From Eledone cirrhosa (taxonomy: Eukaryota), in the NCBI GenBank assembly GCA_964016885.1, contig OZ024741.1, positions 98,332,001 to 98,396,000 on the forward strand: a stretch of DNA of 64,000 nucleotides. The letters run 5' to 3'. The position numbers and the translations under genes were made by a program. Below, piece by piece: positions 44,887 to 60,569 of the stretch. Under the pieces are notes generated by a model. It was not told the DNA's origin and did no database searches. It saw only the letters and a program-made list of their open reading frames with translations. Within the stretch, counting starts at the first letter, position 1. The number at the start of each line of letters is the position of its first letter.

Positions 44887-46406
44887 GACGTAAAATAAGA
44901 AACTCATAAAAAGGAACTTACTAAAATTTCACTCCAACTAATTAGTTTCTGAAAGGGAATAAACATGGTTTCCGAATGGACGCATGGAGAAAACCTTTCG
45001 TCATCAGGAAGTCTGTTCTCAGCTAAGTTCCCAGGCGATGCGTGGACACAGGGAACTTATACAAAAATAATTCAGTGGATGGAAAAAAGCAAGCGTGGAC
45101 TAAATTCCAAGACATTGAAAAAATCACTGCCTACTTGGTCAGTGGCAAATTCAAAAGAATCAATCACGTGACATCAAGGTTAATCAGTGCGGAGTAGGGT
45201 GTTAAAAAGACAGTAGCCGAACCATTACTGTGAACTATAGTAGCAGTTTTGGCAAATTTTTGCTCAACAAAATAATTTAGAGATAATTATAAAGAATTAG
45301 TATATCTACCAACATATATATACAGATGCATACCTATGCTAGCAAATATATAGGTTTTGTCTAAGTAACTTTGTGGTTCAATGCAACGGGATGCAGAACA
45401 ATTATATGAAAGACGTAAAATAAGAAAATTATAAAAATTAACTTACTTACTAAAATTTCACTCCAACTAATTAGTTTCTGAAAGGGAATAAACATGGTTT
45501 CCGAATGGAACGCATGGAGAAAACCTTTCGTCATCAGGAAGTCTGTTCTCAGCTAAGTTCCCAGGCGATGCGTGGACACAGGGAACTTATACAAAAATAA
45601 TTAAGTGAATGGAAAAGAGCAAGCATGGACTAAATTCCAAGACATTGAAAAAATCACTGCTACTTGGTCGGTGGCAAATTCAAAAGAATTAATCACGTGA
45701 CAATCACGTGAAATTTAGTAAGTAAGTTTAATTTTTTATAATTTTCTTATTTTACGTCTTTCATATAATTGTTCTGCATCCCCTTGCATTGAACCACGAA
45801 GTTACTAAGACAAAATCTATATATTTCCTAGCATAGGTATGCATCTATATATATATGTTGGTAGATATACTAATTCTTTATAATTATCTCCAAATTATTT
45901 TGTTGAGCAAAGATTTGCCAAAACTGCTACTATAGTTCATAGTAATGGTTCGGCTACTGTCTTTTTAACACCCCACTCCTCACTGATTAACCTCGATGTC
46001 ACGTGATTGATTCTTTTGAATTTGCCACCGACCAAGTAGGCAGTGATTTTTTCAATGTCTTGGAATTTAGGGCATGCTTGCTTTTTTCCATCCACTGAAT
46101 TATTTTTGTATAAATTCCCTGTGTCCACGCATCGCCTGGCAACTTAGCTGAGAACAGACTTCCTGATGACGAAAGGTTTTCTCCATGCGTTCCATTCGGA
46201 AACCATGTTTATTCACTTTCAGAAACTAATTAGTTGGAGTGAAATTTTTGTAAATTAATTTTTATAATTTTCTTATTTTACGTCTTTCATATAATTGTTC
46301 TGCATCCCCTTGCATTGAACCACAAAATTACTAAGACATAACCTATATATTTGCTAGCATAGGTATGCATCTGTATATATATGTTGGTAGATACACAAAT
46401 TCTTTA
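44881..46406. mobile_element. Retrozyme-like element, family C (1.5 x 525-nt unit plus ~1.3 inverted units)
   Basis: gaaagacgtaaaataa at 44883 and 45408; inversion point ~45705; hammerheads 44931-45012 (-), 45460-45542 (-), 46158-46240 (+). Confidence 0.85.
46158..46240 (+). ncRNA. Type I hammerhead ribozyme (family C)
   Basis: acttc-CTGATGA-cgaaag..ctttca-GAAAC-taatta-GTT-ggagt; palindromic AACTAATTAGTT stem III. Confidence 0.8.
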
Positions 46407-46921
46407 TATATATATATATATACACATACATAATACTCTCTCTCACACACACACATATATATATTAGTTTACAAATAAAAGCCTCACCAGGCCTATATAT
46501 ATCCCTAGGATATATATATATATATATATACATATATATATAAGCCCGCTGAGGGTTTTATTTGTAAACTAAATTAATAGCGATTTGTATGGTAAGTAAA
46601 TATATGAAGCAAGATCGCATGGGGACTTGGTAGGGAGGAGAGTAAGATATCTCTTATCTCTAAGATGCAGTTGAAGTTCATTCTTAAACAGTGCTTCGAT
46701 TTTCATCATAGATAATAGCGTACGACAAGGGACATAAATCAACTAATTTCGTGCTAATGTATGAATACATGCGTCTTGTGAAGTAATAAAACAGGAACCA
46801 GCGGTGAGGGACAGGATGAGATAGTGAATTCTAAATTAAGCAGGGGAGAACAAAGAAATGTTAAAGGTGGGAGAAGAAGAAGAAGAAGAAGAAGAAGAAG
46901 AAGAAGAAGAAGAAGAAGAAG

Positions 46922-46986
<65 letters not shown>

Positions 46987-47471
46987 AAACAAAAACAACA
47001 ACAAGTGCAATTACAATGACAATGGCGACAACGAAAATAATAATATATACAAGAAAAGCAAGATATCGGTCAGAAAGAAGAAATTTCACAAAAACAAAAG
47101 TAACAAATAGATGAAAAACTTAGCAAAATGAATGGTGTAGATTATCTACACCAACCCCATTAAGAAAAAAATGCCGGCGGGATAGGGTGGGTTAATTATT
47201 ATGAGGTTCTTATCGCTTATAATTTTTTTTTTCTTTTTATTATTAACTGACGTTATCTTTTTTAAGACGAAACAACCATTTATGGAAACTGGCACCACAC
47301 CGTTGCCTAGATATATCTAACAGTGCCTGTTGAAGTAGTCACACATACTTATATTTCTGGATATTATATGTATATACATATATACATGTATACATATAAA
47401 TACATGTATATATATATATGTATATATATATATGTATATACATATACATATATACATATATATATATAATC

Positions 47472-47546
<75 letters not shown>

Positions 47547-47618
47547 CATATACATACATATATATATATGTATATATATATATGTATATACATATACATA
47601 TATACATATATATATATA

Positions 47619-47756
<138 letters not shown>

Positions 47757-48369
47757 CATATACAGATATACATACACGTATATGTATATATATATATGTA
47801 TATATGTGTATGTCAAATATGTATATATATTTATATGTGTATTTGTGTGTCTGTATATACATATATACATATATACATATACATCTATTTAAAACAATCA
47901 AATTAAACAACGCACAAAAACAAGACAAAAACTTTAAGAACGAACAACATAGAGAAATCTGTAGGGGATTAAAAACCTTATTGATGTAGTGTATATTTTT
48001 AGCTCGTATACATTATGTACCTCGCATTGTGTGTATATATATATATATGCATGGAACTCCGAACGCATGAAAATATATTTTGTGTATGCAGGCACATAAT
48101 TCTATACATACATACATGCATACGTAGATACAAACATACAAATATATCTACTTACATAATTACATATATACATACGTATATTTGTGTGGGGGGTATGTAT
48201 GTAAGTTTTGTATAATGCCATAATAAACATCGGATTGCAAATTAATTATAAAAGAGTATGTTGCTTTATTATAAACATAAGCAACAATACACACAGACGC
48301 ACACACAAATACACACACATACACATACACGCATACACACACGCATACACACACACACACATACACACG

Positions 48370-48401
<32 letters not shown>

Positions 48402-48769
48402 CGCGCCTTTATTGTTGTCTACGTATAAACCTAGAAATAAAGATTACATATGACATTAAGCAAAAATGTTTGTACTATTACTTGTATATAAATATATATA
48501 TGTATGTATATTATTTTGGATATATCTATGTCTACACACAAAAACATTCACACATATATATTTATAATATATATATATACATGTGTGTATGTATATATAT
48601 TTATATACATGTAATGTATATAAATACATATATATACATGTATATATATATAATCAAGGTCTAGCAAATAGAGAAAAAGTTTTAAAATAAATTTTAAATA
48701 TATATATATATATAAATATTGTATTTATATTTGTATTTGTATATATAAATATATATATATATATTTATG

Positions 48770-48840
<71 letters not shown>

Positions 48841-49153
48841 TAAAATATCAGATTAAAGTTTAAGCAAAGAATATATATATATATATCGAAAGACACGGAT
48901 CCTATATGTTTGCGTACAAGAAAATAAGAAAATAAAAAATGCGATAGTTATATAGGTGTATTTATTACGATGAAAGCATATCCGTTTGGGAATTGTGGAA
49001 AGCACGATGGGAACGTGATAATTGGAGGTAGAAATATATGAAAGCCATTTTACATCACAGATTGAAGAAACAGTAATAATAATTTCAGCATCAGCATCAA
49101 CAGTATCAACATCATCATCATAATCATCTCAGCAGCAGCAGCAGCAGCAGCAT

Positions 49154-49212
<59 letters not shown>

Positions 49213-49703
49213 TGGAAAGAAGAAGAATTCTATTGCTAATCACGTGATCATCAAATTTTGGCGCAAAACTACAACAAAACGCAATGCCTAATCAAATGAT
49301 CATCCACAACTAATCTTATTGCACTTTAAACAGATAGCATTATAATCCACTTTTATTGCATAAAACGGTAAGAAATTCCCCAGCCCAACATATGTGAGAC
49401 ACATTCCGGCATAGCCACACATCTCTCCACATAACCTTTGAAAATCATCCGACATTGAAACCGGTAATGTTATTGTAAATAAATCTTCTTAAAGACTCCA
49501 ATTACATTTTCAACTCTATTTTTTTGTCCGAGCCGTAATTATTGCGTATGAATTATTCGAATACGTCAGTGAATGTGTGTGTGTGGGCGTGAGAGGAATC
49601 GAAGATTATGATTGTTTTGTTCATCTAGCCAGGCAAAAATAAGTAGCCGGCTTGTATATATTATAACTCCCTCTTCCCAGTCTTTCTCTCTATATATATA
49701 TAT

Positions 49704-52110
49704 ACCTCATTCTATACAGGTGACCGGCGTTGGCATGGGCACGAGAATATGCTCCAACTACGCCAACTTATTCGACAGCAAGTTTGAGGCCCAAATCTTT
49801 GCCCTATACAGGGCTCCAGCCTAGAGCTATATGGTTAGTAGATCGATGACTATATCTGCGCCAGCTCACTTACCCAAGAACAGAACAGCTCAAGTCCTTC
49901 CTCTCCTTCTTCTGTTCCCTTGTCCCCGTCATTGGCTTCACCACCTCCCTCTCCATCACTTCCGTCCACATCCTCGACATCACTCTTTCTATCGACCACG
50001 TCTATCATTCACTCATCACCTCCGTTTTTTCCAAATTTACCAACTCCCATTCCTACCTCGATTTCACATCCTCGCACCCCACCCTCACCAGGCATACCTT
50101 CCATTACTCCTAATTCCTTCGCCTCAGCCTCTTGTGCAGCCAATCCCATGACAGCCAAGCCCAGAATATGCCTAGACTGCTCACTCGGTGAGAAGGTCTC
50201 CAAACCTTCTCCAAGCTGCGCACACCCAAGCCAGTAAGTTCGATTGCCCCACCACCCTCACACCACTACAACACCCGCACCAACCGGCTACCCTTCCCTT
50301 ACCTACCATCTCTCCAGCTTGCCTCACCAATAGGTGATCATCCTTGTCTCCCGCAGTCTCCAGTCGGACCCCTCCACCTTCTCCATTTTCCACCTCCTAC
50401 GCATACCTCCATCACGCACACAACATCCATAATCTCGTCATTTGGAGTTTGCTTATCCCTCCCGGATCCCATCACTTCTCACAACACTTCTGCCGCACCT
50501 GTCCTTTCTTCACCGACACCACCACTCTCACCGGAGCCACCAGCCAAACTTTCCACATTTGGGACTCCTTCCCGCTGGACCTCCACGAATATCGCTTATG
50601 GGATCCAATGCACACAATATAAGGCCGTCTATATTGGCCAAATCGGCCCTGATTTGGCGGACAGATTTGCCGAGCACCTTCGTGATATCTGACATGGCAA
50701 CCTTTCTCCCATCAGCCGATATTTCTATTCCGCCTGACACACCACAAGTCACCTCGCAATTGTCGGTCTTGTTGACTCTGCCGGACCACTGGAATCACGC
50801 CATAAGAGGGAACAGCGCCTCATTTTCTTGTCTCGAATAATTTAGCTCCCACTCCTGCTCTAAACACACCACTACTTTTCCTCTACTACACTCGAACTCT
50901 TCCACCAGCACACTGATACACTAACACACTCCGTAACTGTTCATGAACAAGCGCGATCGCGCACACGCACACGCACACAAGCACACAGGCGCGCACCTAT
51001 ACAAACACACACACAGACAACCTACGCGAGCACAGCTGACCCCGTGCACACATAGCCAACTACCACTACTAATACCTACAAACCACCCACACCATCACCT
51101 TCGCCACCACTACCACTACTAACAATCAATACTAACAACGCCACCGCCACACAATCCGAAACATTCACCCTAGCATCTCCCATTCCTTCACGCCGACTTT
51201 GTCTCCCGCACCCAGGACATTATCTATCAGATCCCTCACCGCCCATACACATGTTCAACCTCGTCCCTTACACTCTATTTGACCATAACACCTCCCCATA
51301 CACACACTAGTCTTCCCTTAGAACTCTATCCTTTGCCGTCTCCCACAAGCACACACAAAAACACATTCACAGCCTCACAGTTCCTGTGGCTACCCTCATC
51401 CAGAATTCATTTCCCTTCCACTCTTCACACAGCCACTATACACTTCGGTTTTACCAACCTGAATGCAAAAACCTATCTTGGACCGTACTAGATACGAATT
51501 ACACTCCACCCCATCCAAACACATAAACCAATACATGCAAACGCACACATAAACCAATACATGCAACAATACGAGTAACCACATATACAAACATATACAA
51601 ACATACACACGCACACGCACACGCACAAGAGCGTACTCAGGGATACCTGTGTATGTGTCTGTACACATATATATGTCTGTATTTGTAACCATATTCATGC
51701 GTGTGCGCGCGCACGGAGGCATATGTACGGACATTCATACACACACACTTCCACTGACAAAACACAACACCCACATACGCACTTACGCATGATAATATGT
51801 AAGCCAACTACACGTCTGCACCCCTCACCACGACTCCCATACCCGCACGGTGGACCACTCCCACATCCATCACTGTTCCTCCTCCTCACACCACACATTT
51901 TTTTTTATTTTCTTTCAAATTTTATCTAAATTTATTTGTTATTCTCTTTGCCTTTTTCCTTTTGTATTCTGTCATTTTCTATACTCCGAACGCTGATTTT
52001 CTTGATGAAGGGAAATGTCCGATACGTTGACTGTTTAACACACTCATTTTCTTTTAAGCGTGAAATTAATACGGCTTTATGTTAATGCATCATCATTTTT
52101 GTTTGTTTAA
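49704..52110 (+). mobile_element. Decayed 5'-truncated Neptune-type PLE
   Basis: QVTGVGMGTRICSNYANLF, (Y)IDD-like, SHP, CRTCPF, YIGQ..RFAEH GIY-YIG remnants in shifting frames; long 3' UTR with degenerate TTGATGA-agggaaatgtcc-GATACGTT at ~52002. Confidence 0.75.
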
Positions 52111-52114
52111 ATTA

Positions 52115-52203
52115 CTTGCTGAAGGACACAACAGACAGCACGGGCTGGGAATCGAACTCACAACTTCACGATTATAAGCCCGACGCTCTAACGACTAAGC
52201 CTT

Positions 52204-52205
<2 letters not shown>
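52115..52205 (-). mobile_element. tRNA-SINE head fragment
   Basis: Minus strand: ggcttagtcgttagagc (A box) .. gagttcgattcc (B box) .. tgtgtccttcagcaag. Confidence 0.6.
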
Positions 52206-52257
<52 letters not shown>

Positions 52258-53342
52258 GAGTGGGGGGGGGGTCATTTCTCGTCTACGCCCTCTTAAATTG
52301 GAATCAAATGTTCTCTCAACTTTCCTTTGAACGAATGCACGTTAGTGTGTGTCATTGTGTGTACGTACGAAATTAAAGTGATCATTTTTAGTGAGACTCT
52401 CACTATTTGGTTTGTTTATAATAAAGGCAATTTCTGAAAGTTATTGTGAAGCTGACACTTTTAATATTCACCAATATAGTCTCAAGGAAAACATAAATAA
52501 TAATGTGTTTTAGCCGTGGCGTTTTCAACGACTTTTTTAAGGTAGCACGCAATCTATTAAGACTGAGGTATACATTCATAAATCCATCACCATATATCCT
52601 CTGTATAGAATATCGTTTGTATATGTATATAGATTCCTAGTTTACTTGTGCGTATTTCCTCTATACATTTCCTGCCTGAAATGTATTTCCTTCCATGCAT
52701 GTGAGTATTATAGATGGATATTTTCAACAGATATAGTTGCTTGACTAGGATAAAAAGAATTAAAATAATAAAATATGGATGTCTGGTCGAGGGAAGAAAA
52801 ATTGAAGAGGTGGTTAATTATGTTGAACGTATTTTACATAAATCAAAGAACAACCTGAATTCGATAAGGAGGCTCTGGTGATATTGGAGCTATCGAAGAC
52901 GTCAGAGAATATGTGATTATGTAAGGTGAGTTTAGAAAATATACTGTTGTTTTAAGGCCTTGTTTAATGAAGTGACTTATGTGGGACTAATAACTATCCA
53001 CAGAATGTATATTCGATTATGACCAGTATACGACATAATTAGCAAGTTTGCTGCTTGCTTCGATATACTCCAAGGTTTGTTCGATTTGGGGTGTTTTAAT
53101 TCTCAATCTTCATATTTTATTTAAGTTAGTCATAATTATAATGTTCATCACATGGTTCACATTGTATTTAAATTGCTTTTGCGACTGAAGAGAGGACAAA
53201 ATAAGGGAGGAACTGCATATCGATATAATAACACTTTATACACACACCTATACATAGCTTATAAAATAGAGTGAAGACTCTTAAAAAAAGAAGTTCCCTT
53301 CGACCACTACATATATTTATCTATCTACCTATGTATATCTAC

Positions 53343-53380
<38 letters not shown>

Positions 53381-53479
53381 AGAGAGAGAGAGAGAAAGAG
53401 ATTATATGTGAATATATATACATGTGAATATATATACATATATTCACATATATATATATAGATTGATATGCATGAGTTT

Positions 53480-53630
<151 letters not shown>

Positions 53631-54774
53631 TCTATGTACGTATTTGTGTCTAAATAGGGTCGATGGATACAATTGGTTTTCCGTGTAAATCAACAAAAAA
53701 ATCATTTTCGTCGTCCTTTTTATGCATAGCAATATACTGTTACAACCTTAACATAGCTTCGCGATTCAAGAACAAATAAGCGATTGCTACAGAAATTCGG
53801 TAAAAATCACTATAATTAAAAAGACCATTACAACAGCGTGATAACAATATGAACGTAAGTAGATGTACTACATACATATTGAATAATCGCCCTATTACTT
53901 TTATGGTACTTTATTTATGAACCTTGAAGGGATGAAACATATGTTGTAGAGACCTTAACAAGTACAGCAAAGCAATCTATCAGACACAGTAACGACTGTG
54001 CCAAGTAGCCGCTAGAATTGTGGGCACGAAGGAATATTTGCAGTGTTAAGATAAAAGATTCTGATTCTCTCGCCAAAATATTAATGTTCATATTTATCGA
54101 CCACAAGATGTTATGGTCTCGCTCTGACGTGATTTTAACATTAAAATGGAAACCACCGAAACTTAGATAGAGAGCGACATAACAATATCTAAGAAAGTAC
54201 GAACGCGAAACCCAAAAATATTGACAATTTATGTGTTGAAGGCATTAACAAACCTAATATATTTTGGTATTCTTTCTTTTGTTAGATTTATTGTACATTT
54301 GTTTAAGTTTTATTATACCTCTACTCCACCTTCTCAATACCCACTTTTCTATCTTATGCTTCTCATCCCTTTTCTCCTTCTCATTCTTTCTACCTTTCTT
54401 TTTATGTAAACAACTAAAATATTTCATTGTTTTTTATTAGATTTTAAAAACTTTCTTTGTCATTCTTCGTTGTTTGTTTATGTCTTGGCTTCTTAAGACT
54501 TTTTTGTATCCTTTTTATTTATTTCATTCCATGCGCATTACATTTGTTTTATTTTCGAACGAAATGGGGCATGGATGTGGTTTATGTTTTCGCTTTTGTT
54601 TCTAAATGTGTATGTTTATGTGCTTTCGAAATTGTGTGTATCAGAGTAGATGCTCTATTTGAGCTTGTATATGGGCGTATGTTAAAGTCTAACTCGATTA
54701 CTGATGGTATAAATGTGTGTTTGTTTGTGTGAACGTATATATGAATAAATACACGCACACACACATATTTTATA

Positions 54775-54865
<91 letters not shown>

Positions 54866-54969
54866 GTGTGTGTGTGTGTATTTATTCATATATTTGTTCA
54901 CACAAACAAACACACATTTATACCATCACTAATCGAGTTTGACTGTAACATACGCCCATATATATATAT

Positions 54970-55024
<55 letters not shown>

Positions 55025-55029
55025 TATGT

Positions 55030-55064
<35 letters not shown>

Positions 55065-55132
55065 CATATATATGTATATATATATATATACATATATATA
55101 TACACACATATATATATATATATATGCATTTG

Positions 55133-55166
<34 letters not shown>

Positions 55167-55476
55167 CCTGTGTGTCTGTGTTTAGAGAGAGAGATAGGTA
55201 GAGAGATATACATATACAAACATGCATATATATATGTATGTTTGCGTATATATATCTGTGTGAGTGAAAATGGGACCATGAGTGTATGTGCAAAGCTAGG
55301 ATTGTTTGTTTGATGGAATATGACATGTGTAAGTTTTTAAAAAGTGGTAAGTGTTATTAGGTTTATTTTAATTTAGGCAAAATTTCAAAGATCTGGATCT
55401 GGTTCTCATAAAGATATTAAACTTCATTTGAAGTAGAGAGTAGTATTTCTCTCAATCTCTTTCCCCTTTTCCCCGC

Positions 55477-55607
<131 letters not shown>

Positions 55608-55867
55608 CACACATATACATACATAGATAAATATAAATATATAAATATTTATACCTTAACACACATTGACGCACGCGCACGTATACATATACATATATGT
55701 GTGCGTATGCGTGTGTGTGTGCAAGTATGTATATATATATATATATAGATACATACTTGCACACACACACACACATACACACATACGCACACATATAAAT
55801 ATGTATATGTGTGCGTGCGTCAATGTGTGTTAAGAATAGACGCTGTCTTTCCTTCTACGCCCATTTC

Positions 55868-56074
55868 TTAACCCAAGCAATTATTTTCCCTTTCCTTCGG
55901 ATTTATTCTGGACGACAGGGTCCGCAGATTTCTGATAGCGTTGTATTTTTCCTGTTCATATATATATATATAATTTGTGGTCGCAAGAACACGAAAAATA
56001 CAATACCATCACAAACCAGCGAACCCCATCGTCCAAAAAAAATCAACAGAAGCGAAAATAATCGGTGAGGTTAA
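55868..56074. mobile_element. Old palindromic MITE, possibly piggyBac-type
   Basis: TTAA|CCC.. ..AGG|TTAA ends; ~90-bp diverged inverted arms 55868-55957 / 55987-56074. Confidence 0.45.
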
Positions 56075-56764
56075 GGGTAAGATGAAATGGGGTGAAAAAC
56101 AACAGAGTCTAGCCTTAACACACAGAGTCAAAGTCGTAAACCGCAGAGAATAACAGCAAAGAGACGCTGGTATTTCCTATGTAAACATACTAAAACAATA
56201 CTTTGAAAATAATAAAAAAACAATACGGGATGATAACAAAACATGATTTCAGAGTTTCCTAAGACAGAGACACAACTTTTTTTTACATTTTATTGGTTAT
56301 ATATACTTTAATATGAAAAATAGAAGAACTAGGCAAATAAATCGGTTTAGTTCGAGGAGCTAGTATCCAGTTTTATGAGGAAATTTGACTTTGAACTATG
56401 TAGCTTATATATCAGTAGAAGACGGCTTTGATACATTGATAAACAGCATCTTTTGTGATATAAATACACATAAGCACACGCTCACACACACATACACGCA
56501 CGAACATGTAAACATACATCCGCTGCCATATATGTGTGTGTGTATACATATATGCATATATGTATATATATATATATATATGTGTGTGAGTGTGTGTGTG
56601 TGTGTGTGTGTGTCTGTGAGTGCATCTATATGTAGTGTCTGTGGTGCTAATCCCTGAAAACACATCTAAACAAATTACTCTTAGGTGAATCGTGGGATGC
56701 AGAGTTGGTATATTTACGGAGAAAATATTGGACCGTGAGTTTCTACGTGTGTGTATGGGTGTGC

Positions 56765-56876
<112 letters not shown>

Positions 56877-56984
56877 GTGTGTGTGTGTGTCTGTGTGTGT
56901 TTGTGTGTGTGTGTATGAAACTTCGATCAATCCTTTTGATAACCTTCAGAAATACCTGATTATCGCATGCCCATATATGGAACT

Positions 56985-57078
56985 ACCCCTTGAAAAGTTA
57001 GGCTATATCATTACCACGCTCAAAATTTAGTTTATTCCAGAAATAGCCGTCGAAACGCTTGAGCTCTGCATTCGGGGT
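56985..57078 (+). ncRNA. U3:A8 hammerhead-like motif, diverged relative of 38618-38711
   Basis: acccc-TTGAAAA-gttaggcta..tagccgtc-GAAAC-gcttgagctctgca-TTC-ggggt, preceded by the same ccatatatggaa context. Confidence 0.6.
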
Positions 57079-57091
57079 CCTGAACCTTTTC

Positions 57092-57160
<69 letters not shown>

Positions 57161-57621
57161 TAAACGGAATAGAAAATGCTGACAAATTGTTCACAGTTGA
57201 AAAATGGTTTAATTAGGAATAAAAGAGTATTAGTAATTGTATGGGTTAGTATTCAGTTGTGGTTTTAAGTTTTTTTAAGTTTTTACCGGTTGCGCATTTC
57301 TAAATGCTTTTCAAAAATAATTTTGAGATAGAGTGTCCGTGTTGTTTGCTCTGATCGGATTAGTTTTGGGAATTCTACCTGTTTTTATGTGAAAAAAGTG
57401 GCTCCAGCGCTACTTGGTGTTTGCAAAAATTATTGTGGTCAAAACAATTTTGATTGGTCGGTAGAGGTAATGTGAACAAAAAATTAATTTTGCGCCAAGA
57501 CTGAGAAATGACTCTTTCACAACAAATATGTGTGTGTGTGTGTGTGTAGTAGTAGTAGTAGTAAGGTGTTCGATGTTGTGATAATGGTTAGTAGGGATGT
57601 GTGTCAAATGGCTATTAAGAT

Positions 57622-57686
<65 letters not shown>

Positions 57687-58058
57687 GCAGAGTACTCGTA
57701 GTAGCAGGGATGGTCAGTAGAAATGTGTCTGTAAGCAGTGGGGGGTATTTTAGCATGTCAAAGGATATTTTTCAGCTTTTGTCTTATACGGAGAAGTGTG
57801 TGTGTGTGTGTGTGTATAAGTCTCTTTGTATGTTAATGTACGCGTGTGTATGTGTGTGTGTGTGTGTATACATGTGTGTGTGAGAATGTGTGTGTGTGTG
57901 TGTGGGTGGACCAGTATTTTTTTCCCCCTGGTAAAATGGTGTACATTATTCGATTTTTTCAGTAAAATCGGTTCTCTTAATAGAACATCAAAAATCTTAA
58001 CAATAAAAGGTGTGAAATGATATTCACTATATATATATATATATATACATACATATAT

Positions 58059-58126
<68 letters not shown>

Positions 58127-58244
58127 TTTTTTTGTGTTGTACCATAGAGCATGTGTGTTTACGTATGTTATTGTGTTTATATGTGGGTAGAGATGTGTGC
58201 TGATGTAGGTATGTATGTTGACGTGTGTATGTTGTGGGTTCGTC

Positions 58245-60569
58245 TTAGGGAGAAGTGTTTAGACGGGGTCCGTATTTGTTAATGAAGTAAGATTCCTTGC
58301 TGATGCGCTGGGTGTGGGTGGCATTATCTTTAAATTTGTAGAGGGGAAAGGTTCTGAAGTTGGGATGATTTTGGGCGGCACAGGTATCAATGTGTTCACT
58401 CAGTGATATTTTCCTGTATTCCCGTATTTTAATTTGGGATCTATGGACAGTCATGCGTTGGCGGAGGCTGATTTTGGTCTGGCCTATGTATTGTTCTCGA
58501 CAACCTGAGCAAGTTAATACATATATTAGATTTTCCGATGCACATGTGAAATTGTGTTTTACTATAAAACGTTGTCCTTCTTTGAAATAGAATTCCGAAC
58601 CCTCTATTAGGTTGATGCAAATGCCACAGTTGGGTCTATCGTATTTTTTTTACTGTGGGTTTCGTTGTTGTGGTTGGCAGTACTTTGGCATGTGTTAGGA
58701 TGTTTTTCATTGACTTGGATTGTCTTTTGCTCTTTATGATATCGTGTGTTCGTAGGATTTGGTTCATTCTATGGTCCTTTTTCAACACAGGGATGTTCTG
58801 GAGGATGGTGTCAAAGGCCTCATTGTTGAGGGCGTTGTGTGTGGAGATGTATGGAAGAGCTTTTAGTTTCGGTTGATTTACTTTAGGGTGTCTAAGGTCC
58901 TGGGTACTGAGTTTTAGGGCACGTTGGATTCCATTGTCAATTAGTGATGCAGAGTAGTCCCTGCCTATGAGTTTGTCCTTTAGTTCTTGTAGCCGTAAGT
59001 AGCAGGTGTTTTTATTGGAGACTATAGTACAGATTCTCTTGGCTAAGTTGTAGGGAATATTAATTTTAACGTGTCTAGGGTGGCAAGAGTTGAAAGGGAG
59101 ATATTGCTTGGAGTCTGTGGGCTTGTAGTATATGTCTGTTTCTATTTTTTTGTTATGGATCTTAATGAGGATGTCGAGGAAGGGGAGTTGTTGATGGCTG
59201 TATTCCATCGTGAAGTTAATATTCGTGTTGAGCCCATTTATAAGGGTGTGAAATTCTTTAAGTTTTTCGATGTTTTCGTGCCAAAGGATGAAGCAGTCAT
59301 CTAGATATCGCTTCCAGTTCCTTTCAATGTGTAAGTGGAGGGTGTTTCCAAATTTGTTTAGGACTTTAGTGTAGAGGGTGATTTCCAGGTATCCCATGAC
59401 TAGGTAACATAAGTGGGGGCTGTTTTTGTTCCCATAGCGGTCCCAGATTTCTGCCTGTAGGGTTTGTTATTGAAAACGAAGTAATTGTTCTCCAAGATAA
59501 ATTTGAGTCCCTCTATCACGAATTCTTTTTTGATGCGTTGTGGGAGTTCATTGTGGAAATTATCCAGCCAGAATTGGATAGCTTCTATTCCTAGTTTGTG
59601 GGGGATGTTGGAGTATAGGTTGACTACATCGAACGTCACTAGTAGGGTTTGTTCAGAAAGTGGCATATTAGGGAGGTGATTGAGCATATCTAGGTCGTCC
59701 CTTATATAGCTTTTGATGTGTTTGAGAAAGGGTTTGAGAAGGGTATCAATGAAGTTGCTAAGGCGGTGGGTTTCGCAAGCGGGGCCTGCTATTATAGGTC
59801 TTAATTTGAGATCATTGGGTGAGGGGACATTGATGACTATGTCTGTGGCTTCCTTGCATGCCTTACTTATTAATTCGCTTTTATGTACTTTAGGGATACC
59901 GTAGAAAAGGCTGGATTTACTTGTGAAGTCTGTGATGAAGCTGAATTCCTTGTTAGTGAGTCCTTCTTTGTATTGGTTGATTAGAGTTTTTAGGTTTCTC
60001 ATAATTTTCTGTTGATTGTAGTATTCAGCCTTTTTGTAGTATGTTTCGTTTTCCAAAGTGGAGAGCGCTAAGTTGATATAGAATTCTGTCTCCATTAGGA
60101 CTACTGTACTCCCTTTATCAGCCTCTTTAATTGTAATGGTTCTGTCGGTTTTTAATCTATTTAATTCTTCCCATTCTTTCTTGTTGAGGTTTGGCTTGTG
60201 TTTTTGTCTGTGCAAGTGTTGGTAAGGGAAGTTTGTGATGTGTTCACAGAATTCGTCCAGGATTTTATTTCTACCTTTTGAAGGGGTGTAATTGCTTCTA
60301 TTTCTGGCTAATGATTCATCCTCATTGTACTGGTCGAATAGTTGTTCACTAAGTCGTAACTTTCTACAGAAGTCTGTGATGTCTTCCTTCATTTCATAGT
60401 AGTTAGGACGTAGTGGGGTCGGTGTGAATTTAAGAGCTTTGGAGAGTAAGTTGATAAGGTTGGGTGTTGGTTCTGCACTAGTAAGATTGATAATTTTTAT
60501 TACTATCGGTTTCCCCTCCCTGTCTTGTGTTATTTTGTTTGCCTGTATCTGTGTGCTGTGTCTAAAAAA
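58245..60569 (-). CDS. PLE ORF2 RT + GIY-YIG (two single-base frameshifts at ~59400 and ~58640)
   Basis: INL..LLSKALKFTPTP, IKEADKG, FYGIPKVHK, LRPII, FDVVNLYSNI, GTAMGT, RYLDD, FLD, SCHP, CxxPNCGIC, NLIYVLTCSGCREQYIGQT..RMTVH. Confidence 0.88.
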
